DNA of 64,000 nucleotides from an uncultured Alphaproteobacteria bacterium (lineage in GTDB: Bacteria; Pseudomonadota; Alphaproteobacteria; Rs-D84): contig CAMORN010000002.1 in assembly GCA_946623825.1 (NCBI GenBank), forward strand, positions 152,184-216,183, given 5' to 3'. Below, one piece after another: positions 18,369 to 26,219 of the stretch. The notes under the pieces were generated by a model. That model saw only the letters and a list, made by a program, of their open reading frames with translations, searched no databases and was not told the DNA's origin. Position 1 is the stretch's first letter. Every line of letters starts with the position of its first letter. The position numbers and the translations under genes were made by a program.

Positions 18369-19311
18369 TAATATTGAAATTTTAATAGAAAAAATAAAGA
18401 ACGCAAAAAACATTGCGATTTCTGGACATAAAAATCTTGATGGGGATGCGCTGGGGTCTGCTTTGGCGTTGATGAAGATTATAGAATTGAATTTTAACAA
18501 AACCCCAATGTTTATATATGATGGAAATATCCCGATGGATTTGGATAATTTTCCATTACGAAACAAGGCATGTTTTTGTGCAAATGTTTTAGAAAAAACA
18601 AAATTTGATTTATATATTTTGGTTGATTATGGAACCAGAAAACATTTGGCTGGGGTTGAAAAATTTGTAGATAACGCAGATTATGTCGTCGAATTTGATC
18701 ATCATTACAACGATGATATTGTTGGTGATTTGTGTTTTGATGATGTTGAAAAAGCGTCTACTTCCCAGATAATTTTTGATGTTGCAAAACAAGCAAATTG
18801 GACAATAGATAGCGATATTATAGATTTGTTAACATTGGCTTTGATTACAGATACTGGCAATTTCAAATTTGTCAGACACAGTGATGTTTTTACCGATGCT
18901 GCACAATTGGTTGAACGTGGTGCCGATATGTCTAAATTGGTGAATTTATTACAAAACAAAAGTAAAAAAACTGTGTTGGTTGAAACGGCTACGGTAACAA
19001 ATGCGGAATTTTTTATGAAGGGTCGATTGGCGGTTGGAACCATAAATAACAAAGAATATAAAAAATTAGATGGTCGTGGCGAATTGGTCTTGAATTTATT
19101 AGCACAGATTCATGGTGTAGAATTTGTCGTTTTGTTCAAGGAACACAAAGAAAATTTAATCGGGGTTTCATTAAGAAGCAAAACTGTTCCGATTAATACA
19201 TTGGCGGAATCTTTTGGTGGGGGCGGACATCTGTTTGCTGCGGGCGCTGTATTAGAGGGCAGTTTAGAAGAAGTCCGAGATAAAGTTATAAAAGTATTTG
19301 AAGGGATGTAG
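18355..19311 (+). CDS. Stand-alone DHH/DHHA1 phosphoesterase (NrnA/DhhP-like)
   Basis: ISGHKNLDGDALGS, DHHYND and GGGGHLFAAGA motifs. Overlaps the recJ stop. An alternative ATG lies at 18361. Confidence 0.75.
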   Translation: MLMNNNIEILIEKIKNAKNIAISGHKNLDGDALGSALALMKIIELNFNKTPMFIYDGNIPMDLDNFPLRNKACFCANVLEKTKFDLYILVDYGTRKHLAGVEKFVDNADYVVEFDHHYNDDIVGDLCFDDVEKASTSQIIFDVAKQANWTIDSDIIDLLTLALITDTGNFKFVRHSDVFTDAAQLVERGADMSKLVNLLQNKSKKTVLVETATVTNAEFFMKGRLAVGTINNKEYKKLDGRGELVLNLLAQIHGVEFVVLFKEHKENLIGVSLRSKTVPINTLAESFGGGGHLFAAGAVLEGSLEEVRDKVIKVFEGM

Positions 19312-19314
19312 GTT

Positions 19315-19929
19315 ATGAAAAAAATATTTGCTTTATTTGTCGGTGTATTTTTTATCGGTTCTGCATTTGCAGATGTTGATTTAAATACTGTAAAAAATGC
19401 TGAAAAATATTTAAATTCTATTACTGGTATGCAGGGCGATTTTATTCAAACAGCGAACGGAAAAACAGAAAAGGGTGTTTTTTCTATGTTGCGCCCTGGT
19501 CGTGTCAGATTAGATTATACAAACGCACCAATTCAATTGGTTTCAGATGGTAAAGATTTATATTTTTATGATAAATCATTGGATCAAATTACAACTGTGC
19601 CTTTGACCAGTACGCCTGCTGGAATATTAGTAAGAAAAAAGATTGATTTACAAAACGCGGATATAAATGTTATTGAAACATCAAACAATAAAAATGATTT
19701 TTCATTAAAAATGAATATCAAAGGTCAAGAAGGTTTGGGCTATATGGATGTTGTTTTTGATAAAAAACCGATGAAATTAAAATCTTGGACTGTTATTGAT
19801 GCAACTGGAAATAAAACAGATGTTGCGTTCAATAACCTTAAAACAAAAACAGATTTCAAGAAAAACTATTTTCAATTATCTCGTCATAAAACAACCAGTA
19901 CAAATGATGGTGATGACTTTTACGACTAG
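19315..19929 (+). CDS. lolA: Outer-membrane lipoprotein carrier LolA-like
   Basis: Signal peptide, GDFIQT and RVRLDY LolA-type strands, 204 aa. Confidence 0.65.
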   Translation: MKKIFALFVGVFFIGSAFADVDLNTVKNAEKYLNSITGMQGDFIQTANGKTEKGVFSMLRPGRVRLDYTNAPIQLVSDGKDLYFYDKSLDQITTVPLTSTPAGILVRKKIDLQNADINVIETSNNKNDFSLKMNIKGQEGLGYMDVVFDKKPMKLKSWTVIDATGNKTDVAFNNLKTKTDFKKNYFQLSRHKTTSTNDGDDFYD

Positions 19930-19938
19930 GGTGAATTT

Positions 19939-20214
19939 ATGTTAGGAATCAGTTGGACCGAATTTTTAGTAATTTTATTGGTGGCAATATGTGTTGTGCC
20001 TGCTAAAAATTGGCCTGATGTTGCCAGATTTATGTCTCGTGTTTTCAGATATATTAGAAATCTAGTTTGGAAAATTTCTGATGTTGGGGAACAAATTCAA
20101 CAACGCATAGAACTTGAAAAGCCTATTGATGATTTGATTTCAAATGTGGGTCAGAATGTTTTTTATGAAGAAAAGAAAAAGACAACCAAGAAAAAAACAA
20201 AAAAATCAAAATGA
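19939..20214 (+). CDS. tatB: Sec-independent translocase TatB-like
   Basis: MLGISWTEFLVILLVAICVVPAKNWPDVARF. Overlaps the tatC start. Confidence 0.7.
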   Translation: MLGISWTEFLVILLVAICVVPAKNWPDVARFMSRVFRYIRNLVWKISDVGEQIQQRIELEKPIDDLISNVGQNVFYEEKKKTTKKKTKKSK

Positions 20215-20915
20215 AAATGACATTAATGCAACATTTTTCAGAATTAAGACGCAGAATTTTATGGTGCGCGTTGGTTTTTATTATTGCGTTTGGTTTTGGT
20301 TGGGCTGTTTCTGATTATGTTGAATTGTTTTTAATTGAACCTTTAGTGCGTGTGTGGAATGACACAACATTGTTGTACACAGGCCTAACAGACGGTTTAA
20401 TGATTCAGTTTTCTTTGGCGACATTGGTTGCTTTGATTATAACAATACCGGTTTGTTTGTGGCATATATGGGCATTTATAGCACCGGGGTTACACAAAAA
20501 CGAAAAACAATTTTTGTTGCCTATATTTATAATATCACCAATGTTATTTGTTATAGGGGCTGGTTTTGCTTTCTATGTTTTGTTGCCATTTGTATTTAAT
20601 TTTTTTATAGAATTAAATGAATCTTCAAATGTGCCAACTGTATTGATGCCGGCAATTACAGGATATCTTGCTTTTTCAATTGGTTTATTGAAGATTTTTG
20701 GTTTGGCATTTCAATTGCCGCTTGTGATGGTGTTGTTAAATAAAATAGGGCTGTTGTCAAAACAAACTGCAATTAAATCACGCAGATATATTATTGTTGG
20801 AATATTTATTATTGCTGCTGTTTTAACACCACCTGATATTGTGTCGCAGATTTTGTTGGCTCTGCCAATGTTGCTTTTATATGAAATCAGTTTGTTGTTT
20901 ATGAATAATGACTGA
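20211..20915 (+). CDS. tatC: Sec-independent translocase TatC
   Basis: Six predicted TM segments. HFSELRRRIL N-terminus and a TPPD motif. Confidence 0.85.
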   Translation: MKMTLMQHFSELRRRILWCALVFIIAFGFGWAVSDYVELFLIEPLVRVWNDTTLLYTGLTDGLMIQFSLATLVALIITIPVCLWHIWAFIAPGLHKNEKQFLLPIFIISPMLFVIGAGFAFYVLLPFVFNFFIELNESSNVPTVLMPAITGYLAFSIGLLKIFGLAFQLPLVMVLLNKIGLLSKQTAIKSRRYIIVGIFIIAAVLTPPDIVSQILLALPMLLLYEISLLFMNND

Positions 20916-20927
20916 TAATGTTTTTAT

Positions 20928-22334
20928 TTGGTTGTTTTTTGTGGTATAATTACACCTGTGAGAAAGTTTTTTAATCTTGTTTCATTGGCTTGTTTGGTTT
21001 CGTTCGTTTTGAATGCATGTGATTTGCAACCAAAAATAGCTTCTATCCCAGATAATATCGGTATGTTCATAGAAGATAGATATCCAGCATTGTTGGCAGA
21101 TCCAGAAACACAACCTGAAATTTATAATTCTGCAGCAAGTGATTATGGTGTGTATGCGTCGCCTGAATTATACGGTTCTGCAAATGTTAATGATTATGTT
21201 TTGTATTCCAGTGTTGACGATTATGTTTTAAAACCGACAGAAGATGAAAAAGAATCGTTTGAAAAATCAGAAGTAAAAACAGTTGAAGTTGAAGAAGAAA
21301 CAGACTATATCGTTGTTCCTGTGTATGGTGGTGATTTTATAAAAGAAGCAACGGTTGTAAAAGAAGATTTAAATAAAGATAATACAAATAAAGATTTTGT
21401 TATTGTCGCAAAGGGCGACACATTATATTCAATTGCACGCAAAAATAATACAACTGTGTCAGAAATTGCAAAAATTAATGATATGAAAGAACCTTATAAT
21501 CTATCAATCGGTCAAAGGGTTTTATTGCGTTCTGCAAATGTAAAAATTCCAAATGTTATATCTACAGAAAAAGTTGCAGAAATAAAACAACAAAAACAAG
21601 TCCATACAACGACAACACGTGTGAATCTGACAGAAATTACAGTTGAAAAAGGGGATACATTGTATTCTTTATCTCGTAAATACGAGATACCTGTGAATGA
21701 TTTAGCTGTGTTGAATAAATTAAATGCGCCATTTGCGTTGTCTGTTGGGCAAAAGTTAAAGGTTCCGCAATTAAACAAAACAGTAAAATCAGATAAAGTT
21801 ATAACAGGTCCAACCAAAATTGCAAAAACAGAAAAATCCGTTGCAAAAACAACACCTATGAAAAAAGAAGCAAAAACACAGACTGTTGTAAAAACAGAAT
21901 CTAAAAAGATTTCGTCAGACCCACAAAGACAATTACCAAAGATAACGGCGCGTTCTTCGACTAAATTCTCTTGGCCAGTGCGTGGAAGAATATTGTCTCA
22001 ATATGGTGCAAAAAATGGCGGACTGTTTAATGATGGTATAAATATTTCTGCGCCAATTGGAACCGCGGTGAAATCTGCTGAAAATGGGGTTGTTGCGTAT
22101 GCTGGAAACGAAGTAAAAGGTATGGGTAATTTAATAATTATTCAACACAGTGATGGTTGGATGACGGTTTATGCGCATCTTGATTCTATGAATGTAAAAC
22201 GCGGAACAAAATTGACTGTGGGACAAATGATAGGCAAGATTGGTAAAACGGGCAAGGTTTCACAACCACAGCTTCATTTTGAAATTCGCAAGGGAACAAA
22301 AGCATACGATCCGATTTTGTATTTGAAGAAATAA
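20928..22334 (+). CDS. nlpD: LysM-domain M23 peptidase lipoprotein (NlpD-like)
   Basis: Lipobox LNAC. Two LysM units (GDTLYSIARKNN.., GDTLYSLSRKYE..). M23 C-terminus (GINISAPIGTAV, QHSDGWMTVYAHL, LHFEIR). The start is uncertain (TTG 20928 or GTG 20958). Confidence 0.8.
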   Translation: MVVFCGIITPVRKFFNLVSLACLVSFVLNACDLQPKIASIPDNIGMFIEDRYPALLADPETQPEIYNSAASDYGVYASPELYGSANVNDYVLYSSVDDYVLKPTEDEKESFEKSEVKTVEVEEETDYIVVPVYGGDFIKEATVVKEDLNKDNTNKDFVIVAKGDTLYSIARKNNTTVSEIAKINDMKEPYNLSIGQRVLLRSANVKIPNVISTEKVAEIKQQKQVHTTTTRVNLTEITVEKGDTLYSLSRKYEIPVNDLAVLNKLNAPFALSVGQKLKVPQLNKTVKSDKVITGPTKIAKTEKSVAKTTPMKKEAKTQTVVKTESKKISSDPQRQLPKITARSSTKFSWPVRGRILSQYGAKNGGLFNDGINISAPIGTAVKSAENGVVAYAGNEVKGMGNLIIIQHSDGWMTVYAHLDSMNVKRGTKLTVGQMIGKIGKTGKVSQPQLHFEIRKGTKAYDPILYLKK

Positions 22335-22384
22335 GACCTTGCATTTACTGGAAAATAATTTATAATCTGTGCGATAAAAGTTCT

Positions 22385-22460
22385 GGATGCATAGCTCAGT
22401 TGGTAGAGCAACTGACTCTTAATCAGTGGGTCCAGGGTTCGAGTCCCTGTGCGTCCACCA
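22385..22460 (+). tRNA. tRNA-Lys (anticodon CUU), CCA encoded
   Basis: Hand-folded cloverleaf: GGATGCA/TGCGTCC acceptor, GCTC/GAGC D stem, ACTGA-CTCTTAA-TCAGT anticodon arm, CAGGG-TTCGAGT-CCCTG T arm. Confidence 0.9.
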
Positions 22461-22488
22461 AGATAAAACACCACCTGAAAGGGTGGTT
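22437..22488 (+). repeat. Direct repeat copy 1: tRNA-Lys T-loop to 3' end plus terminator hairpin
   Basis: gttcgaGTCCCTGTGCGTCCACCAAGATAAAACACCACCTGAAAGGGTGGTT. The 46-nt stretch 22443-22488 is identical to 22599-22644. Confidence 0.9.
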
Positions 22489-22598
22489 TTTATATTGTAG
22501 CACGGGACGAGAAACCATTCGACTATGAGTAAGCGAAAACGAGTAAAACGAAGTTTGAGAGCTAACGAATGAGGCGCAGAACAATTATGTTCGAGCCA
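22489..22598. other. About 110-bp spacer between the two att-like repeats (possible relic of an integrated element)
   Basis: Non-coding. By my hand count G+C is 38 of 88 nt for 22501-22588, visibly richer than the flanks. No ORF and no convincing RNA fold. Confidence 0.3.
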
Positions 22599-22644
22599 GT
22601 CCCTGTGCGTCCACCAAGATAAAACACCACCTGAAAGGGTGGTT
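22589..22644 (+). repeat. Direct repeat copy 2 (tRNA-Lys 3' fragment plus terminator)
   Basis: gttcgag + cca + the same 46-nt sequence. It lacks the 5' half of the T stem, so it is not a functional tRNA. Confidence 0.9.
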
Positions 22645-22686
22645 GTTATTTTTGCTTTTAGGTTTTTATTCATGTATAATATAAAT

Positions 22687-23985
22687 ATGTTAAGAAAAAT
22701 ATTGATTTTGCTCGTTGTGTTGACGAGTTCTATGATTTCGGTTGCTGGGGCAAACGAAAATATTGTTGCACCATTATATAATGATTCTGTTACCCAGAAT
22801 GCTTTAACAAAAATATCGTTGCCACAAAATTTGTCTGCTAAGGTAAAAATGTTATATTCGTCTGCCCAAACAGAACGAGCCAATGGAAATGTTAAAGAGG
22901 CAATAAAACTTTACAGAAAAGTTCTTGATGAACAACCTGATTTTGTAAAGGCTCGTTTTGAATTGGCTTTGTGTTATATGGAAGATAAACAATGGTATCG
23001 TGCTGATTATTATTTACGATTGGCTTTGGGTGCTGAATATTTGCCGAATGATGTAAGACAACTTATGGAACAATACAGATATTTGGTGCGTCAAAATAAA
23101 AACAGTGATTTTTGGTTTGAATTTGGTGATGTGCCTGATATGCGGGCTAGTTTGTCAAACAATAATAGTGGCTGTTTTGGAAATGAAAAAACTGGCGTTT
23201 GTGAAAAGTTGAAAGAATCAAAAGATGAATCAGGGGTAAATCTTGCGGCGGGTGCTGATTACGAATTTGTGTTATCTGATAATTGGCGTTGGAAAAATGA
23301 TGCAATGCTTTACACAAATATTTATGATAAAAAAAGTTATAATGATATATTCTTGGCTGGCTCAACTGGACCACGTTATGTGTGGGACAGGGGGAACGTT
23401 TGGTTTGCCGGGGTGGTGGGACGTTCTTGGTATGGAAATGAAAAATTGGCCTGGGCCTATGGTGCCAAGGTTGATGCAAACTATGATTGGACACGCAAAT
23501 TTTCATCTGGGTTGATTTTGCAGTTTGCGAATAATGTATATGATAAATACGATGATTTATTAAACGGGCAATCATATACTGCAATACCGAATTTTACATA
23601 CGCGATTGATTCAACAAAATATATTTTGGTTCGTGGTGAATTAGAACGTGAAAATACTAAATTTGATCCGTATTCTAATTATAAATATGGGTTTGCATTT
23701 GGATTTGGGGTTGAAATGCCTAATGGAATTTTGGTGTATTTGGAGCCTTATTTTTCTTGGATAAATTATGATGGTGCGGTTGATGTTATAAAAAATAATG
23801 TACCTATGAATATAAAAGAAAAATATTTTTTACAAAAATACACATTGTCTGTGTCTGATGTAAAAATTGAATACAAAGGTTTTATACCAGTTGTAAATAT
23901 TACTTATACCAAGAAAGATTCTAATATACCAATGCCATCTTATGACAGATGGTCTTTTGGGTTGAATATAAAAAGAAAGTTTTAA
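22687..23985 (+). CDS. TPR plus DUF560 beta-barrel outer-membrane protein (Slam-like, type XI secretion candidate)
   Basis: Signal peptide MLRKILILLVVLTSSMISVAGA. TPR-like KEAIKLYRKVLDEQPDFVKARFELALCYMEDKQWYRADYYLRLAL. Long alternating-strand C-terminal domain ending YKGFIPVVNITYTKKDSNIPMPSYDRWSFGLNIKRKF. Confidence 0.6.
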   Translation: MLRKILILLVVLTSSMISVAGANENIVAPLYNDSVTQNALTKISLPQNLSAKVKMLYSSAQTERANGNVKEAIKLYRKVLDEQPDFVKARFELALCYMEDKQWYRADYYLRLALGAEYLPNDVRQLMEQYRYLVRQNKNSDFWFEFGDVPDMRASLSNNNSGCFGNEKTGVCEKLKESKDESGVNLAAGADYEFVLSDNWRWKNDAMLYTNIYDKKSYNDIFLAGSTGPRYVWDRGNVWFAGVVGRSWYGNEKLAWAYGAKVDANYDWTRKFSSGLILQFANNVYDKYDDLLNGQSYTAIPNFTYAIDSTKYILVRGELERENTKFDPYSNYKYGFAFGFGVEMPNGILVYLEPYFSWINYDGAVDVIKNNVPMNIKEKYFLQKYTLSVSDVKIEYKGFIPVVNITYTKKDSNIPMPSYDRWSFGLNIKRKF

Positions 23986-24038
23986 CTATCTTTTTGCTTA
24001 TATTTGCAAAAATGCTTTTTTATGATTAAATAATATCT

Positions 24039-24704
24039 ATGAAAATAATAGATACTCATTCTCATATTGAATATATATCGTATAAAGTCCAACCTGATAT
24101 TGTTGGAACAATTTGTTGTGCGACCAATGAAAATGATTGGGACGTTTTATTAGATATTAATGATAAAAATGTTTATGGCGCCTTTGGAATCCATCCATGG
24201 TTTTTGGAAAATATAAATGACGGATTTGATATCAGGTTGTCTGAGATATTGGAACAAAATAAATCTGCTATGGTTGGTGAAATTGGCCTTGATAAATATA
24301 AACCAGATATGGAAAAACAAATATATCTTTTTATAAAACAAATTGAAATAGCAATAAAATATAAAAGACCGATTTTTATTCATTGTGTTGGTGCATGGGA
24401 TAAAATTTTTCAAATTCTGAAAAAATACAAAAGAAACGAATTGCCGATTATGGTTGCTCATGCGTTTAATGGCAGTGTTGAAATCGTAAAAAATTTGTTG
24501 GCTAATTATAACATAATGTTTTCGTTTAACAGACCAGATGATATTATAACAAATATTCCAGATAACAGAATTTTGGTTGAAACGGACGCAAAATCAAATA
24601 TTGTTTTATCGGATATTGTTGATAAAATTGCAGTTATCAAGAATAATAAAAATATGTCTGATATAATATATCAAAATACAATGCGGGTATTAAATAATGA
24701 CTAG
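24039..24704 (+). CDS. tatD: TatD-family metal-dependent hydrolase/DNase
   Basis: IDTHSH start, GEIGLD and HCVGAW motifs, VETD near the C-terminus. 221 aa. Confidence 0.75.
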   Translation: MKIIDTHSHIEYISYKVQPDIVGTICCATNENDWDVLLDINDKNVYGAFGIHPWFLENINDGFDIRLSEILEQNKSAMVGEIGLDKYKPDMEKQIYLFIKQIEIAIKYKRPIFIHCVGAWDKIFQILKKYKRNELPIMVAHAFNGSVEIVKNLLANYNIMFSFNRPDDIITNIPDNRILVETDAKSNIVLSDIVDKIAVIKNNKNMSDIIYQNTMRVLNND

Positions 24705-25371
24705 ATTACAAAGAATAACTTTATTATTTGGGGACAATGCCATAGAAAAATTAAAACACTCTACGGTTATGGTCGTTGGTTGTGGGGCAGTTGGTTCGTT
24801 TGCAATTGAATCTTTGGCGCGCAGTGGTGTTGGTCATATAATTTTGATAGATTTTGACAATGTTGAAGAATCAAATATAAACCGTCAATTGTTTGCATTG
24901 GATTCAACAATCGGAAAACCAAAGGTTGAAATAGCAAAACAAAGAATTCATGATATAAACCCTGACATAATTGTCGATGGTTTTAATATGTTTTTTGATG
25001 AAAAGACACACATAAATGTAAAGCCAGATTTTGTAATAGATGCCATAGATACCGTGAAATCTAAAATAGCACTTTATAAATGGTGTTTTGCGAATGGTGT
25101 ACCATTTGTTTCAAGTATGGGGGCAGCACGCAAAACAGATATATCAAAAATCAAAGTTTCTAAAATTTCCAAGACAAGTGTTTGTCCGTTGGCTTCTAAA
25201 ATTCGCCATATTGTCAAAGATGAAAAATTGAAAGATTTTCCAGTTGTCTATTCTACTGAAAACGCAACGCCACAAATAAATGGTGGTCGTGAATTTGGTT
25301 CTGTTATAACTGTGACGGGAACATTTGGTTTAATGTTATCTGAATATGTTATTAAAAATTTGATTAAATAA
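24697..25371 (+). CDS. tcdA: tRNA threonylcarbamoyladenosine dehydratase (ThiF/E1-like, TcdA)
   Basis: VMVVGCGAVGSFAIESLARSGVGHIILIDFDNVEESNINRQ Rossmann/E1 motif. 8-nt overlap with tatD. Confidence 0.7.
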   Translation: MTRLQRITLLFGDNAIEKLKHSTVMVVGCGAVGSFAIESLARSGVGHIILIDFDNVEESNINRQLFALDSTIGKPKVEIAKQRIHDINPDIIVDGFNMFFDEKTHINVKPDFVIDAIDTVKSKIALYKWCFANGVPFVSSMGAARKTDISKIKVSKISKTSVCPLASKIRHIVKDEKLKDFPVVYSTENATPQINGGREFGSVITVTGTFGLMLSEYVIKNLIK

Positions 25372-25501
25372 AAATCTTTTCTATACGGCAGAAAAACAGG
25401 TCTAAGACGAATTTCCTAAGGATACATGCCTATATGAATATTGTTGTTTGTCTGATAAACTCTTAAGTGTTGAGATTAATCAGCAACAAAAGGAGAAACT
25501 T

Positions 25502-26116
25502 ATGAAAAAACTTATTGCCACATCAATGGCAGTATTCTTAGCCGCCCCAGCGTTCGCCGGTGGTCAGGCATATCAACAACAAACAACTAACTTTTTGGGT
25601 TGGGATATTTTACCATATGTTGCATTGCGTGGCGGTGCTACATACGGTAATTTGAATTATTCTTTGAATGATAAAAAAGAAAGTGTTGGTCAAAACCTAT
25701 ATCAGGCACGTGTTGCACTTGGTTTGTCTGCATATGATACAGCACGTTTCGAAGTTGAAGGCTCTTTCTTTACAAAGGGTAATAAAACAAAAAGTTTTGG
25801 TGATGTTGCAAATGTAGATGTTTCATCAAAAAATATAGAATTGATGGCTAATGCGTATATGGATATTGGTCATTTCCATTATATACAACCGTTTGCAGGT
25901 ATCGGTGCCGGTATGGCATTTATTGATACAACCGCAGAAAATGGTGACGGACGTCAAAGCAGAGATTCTACAAGATTTTCTGGTATGGGCACATTGGGCT
26001 TAGAAATGCCTTTTGGCTGCTTTAAGGTAGATATCGCAGCACGTTATAACTATATCGATGTTGAATCTGGAATGCATAATTTCAGTGGCGATATTGGTGT
26101 TCGTTATATGTTCTAA
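25502..26116 (+). CDS. Small outer-membrane beta-barrel protein (Omp25/OmpW-type)
   Basis: Signal peptide ending AFAGG, alternating strands and a terminal GVRYMF. SD aaggag. The ORF-track TTG start at 25448 was rejected. Confidence 0.65.
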   Translation: MKKLIATSMAVFLAAPAFAGGQAYQQQTTNFLGWDILPYVALRGGATYGNLNYSLNDKKESVGQNLYQARVALGLSAYDTARFEVEGSFFTKGNKTKSFGDVANVDVSSKNIELMANAYMDIGHFHYIQPFAGIGAGMAFIDTTAENGDGRQSRDSTRFSGMGTLGLEMPFGCFKVDIAARYNYIDVESGMHNFSGDIGVRYMF

Positions 26117-26135
26117 AAATTGTATTAAAACAACG

Positions 26136-26163
26136 AAATCCCGTTTTATACGGGATTTTTTTA
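26136..26163 (+). terminator. Intrinsic terminator after the OMP gene
   Basis: aaatcccg-ttttata-cgggattt hairpin plus a T-run. Confidence 0.75.
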
Positions 26164-26219
26164 TTAAATCAGTTTTTTCTTTACGGAAATAATTCCTATG
26201 TGCTAGTATAACCAGTGTT

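Noticed and set aside
22501-22617. Idea that the spacer plus the second repeat encodes a second tRNA, or the acceptor piece of a two-piece (permuted) tmRNA as found in Alphaproteobacteria.
   Set aside because: There is no 5' T-stem half, D arm or anticodon arm. Only a 5-bp partial acceptor pairing (ggacg/cgtcc) is possible over a span of about 113 nt. No tag-peptide reading frame or tmRNA pseudoknot signature is visible. The acceptor sequence is that of tRNA-Lys, not a tmRNA-type G:U alanine identity stem.
22419-22883. 154-aa minus-strand ORF spanning the tRNA-Lys gene and both repeats.
   Set aside because: It runs antisense through a tRNA gene and two terminator hairpins. Its internal duplication (LSGGVLSWWTHRD twice) is just the translated DNA repeat. 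It also overlaps the Slam-like gene start.
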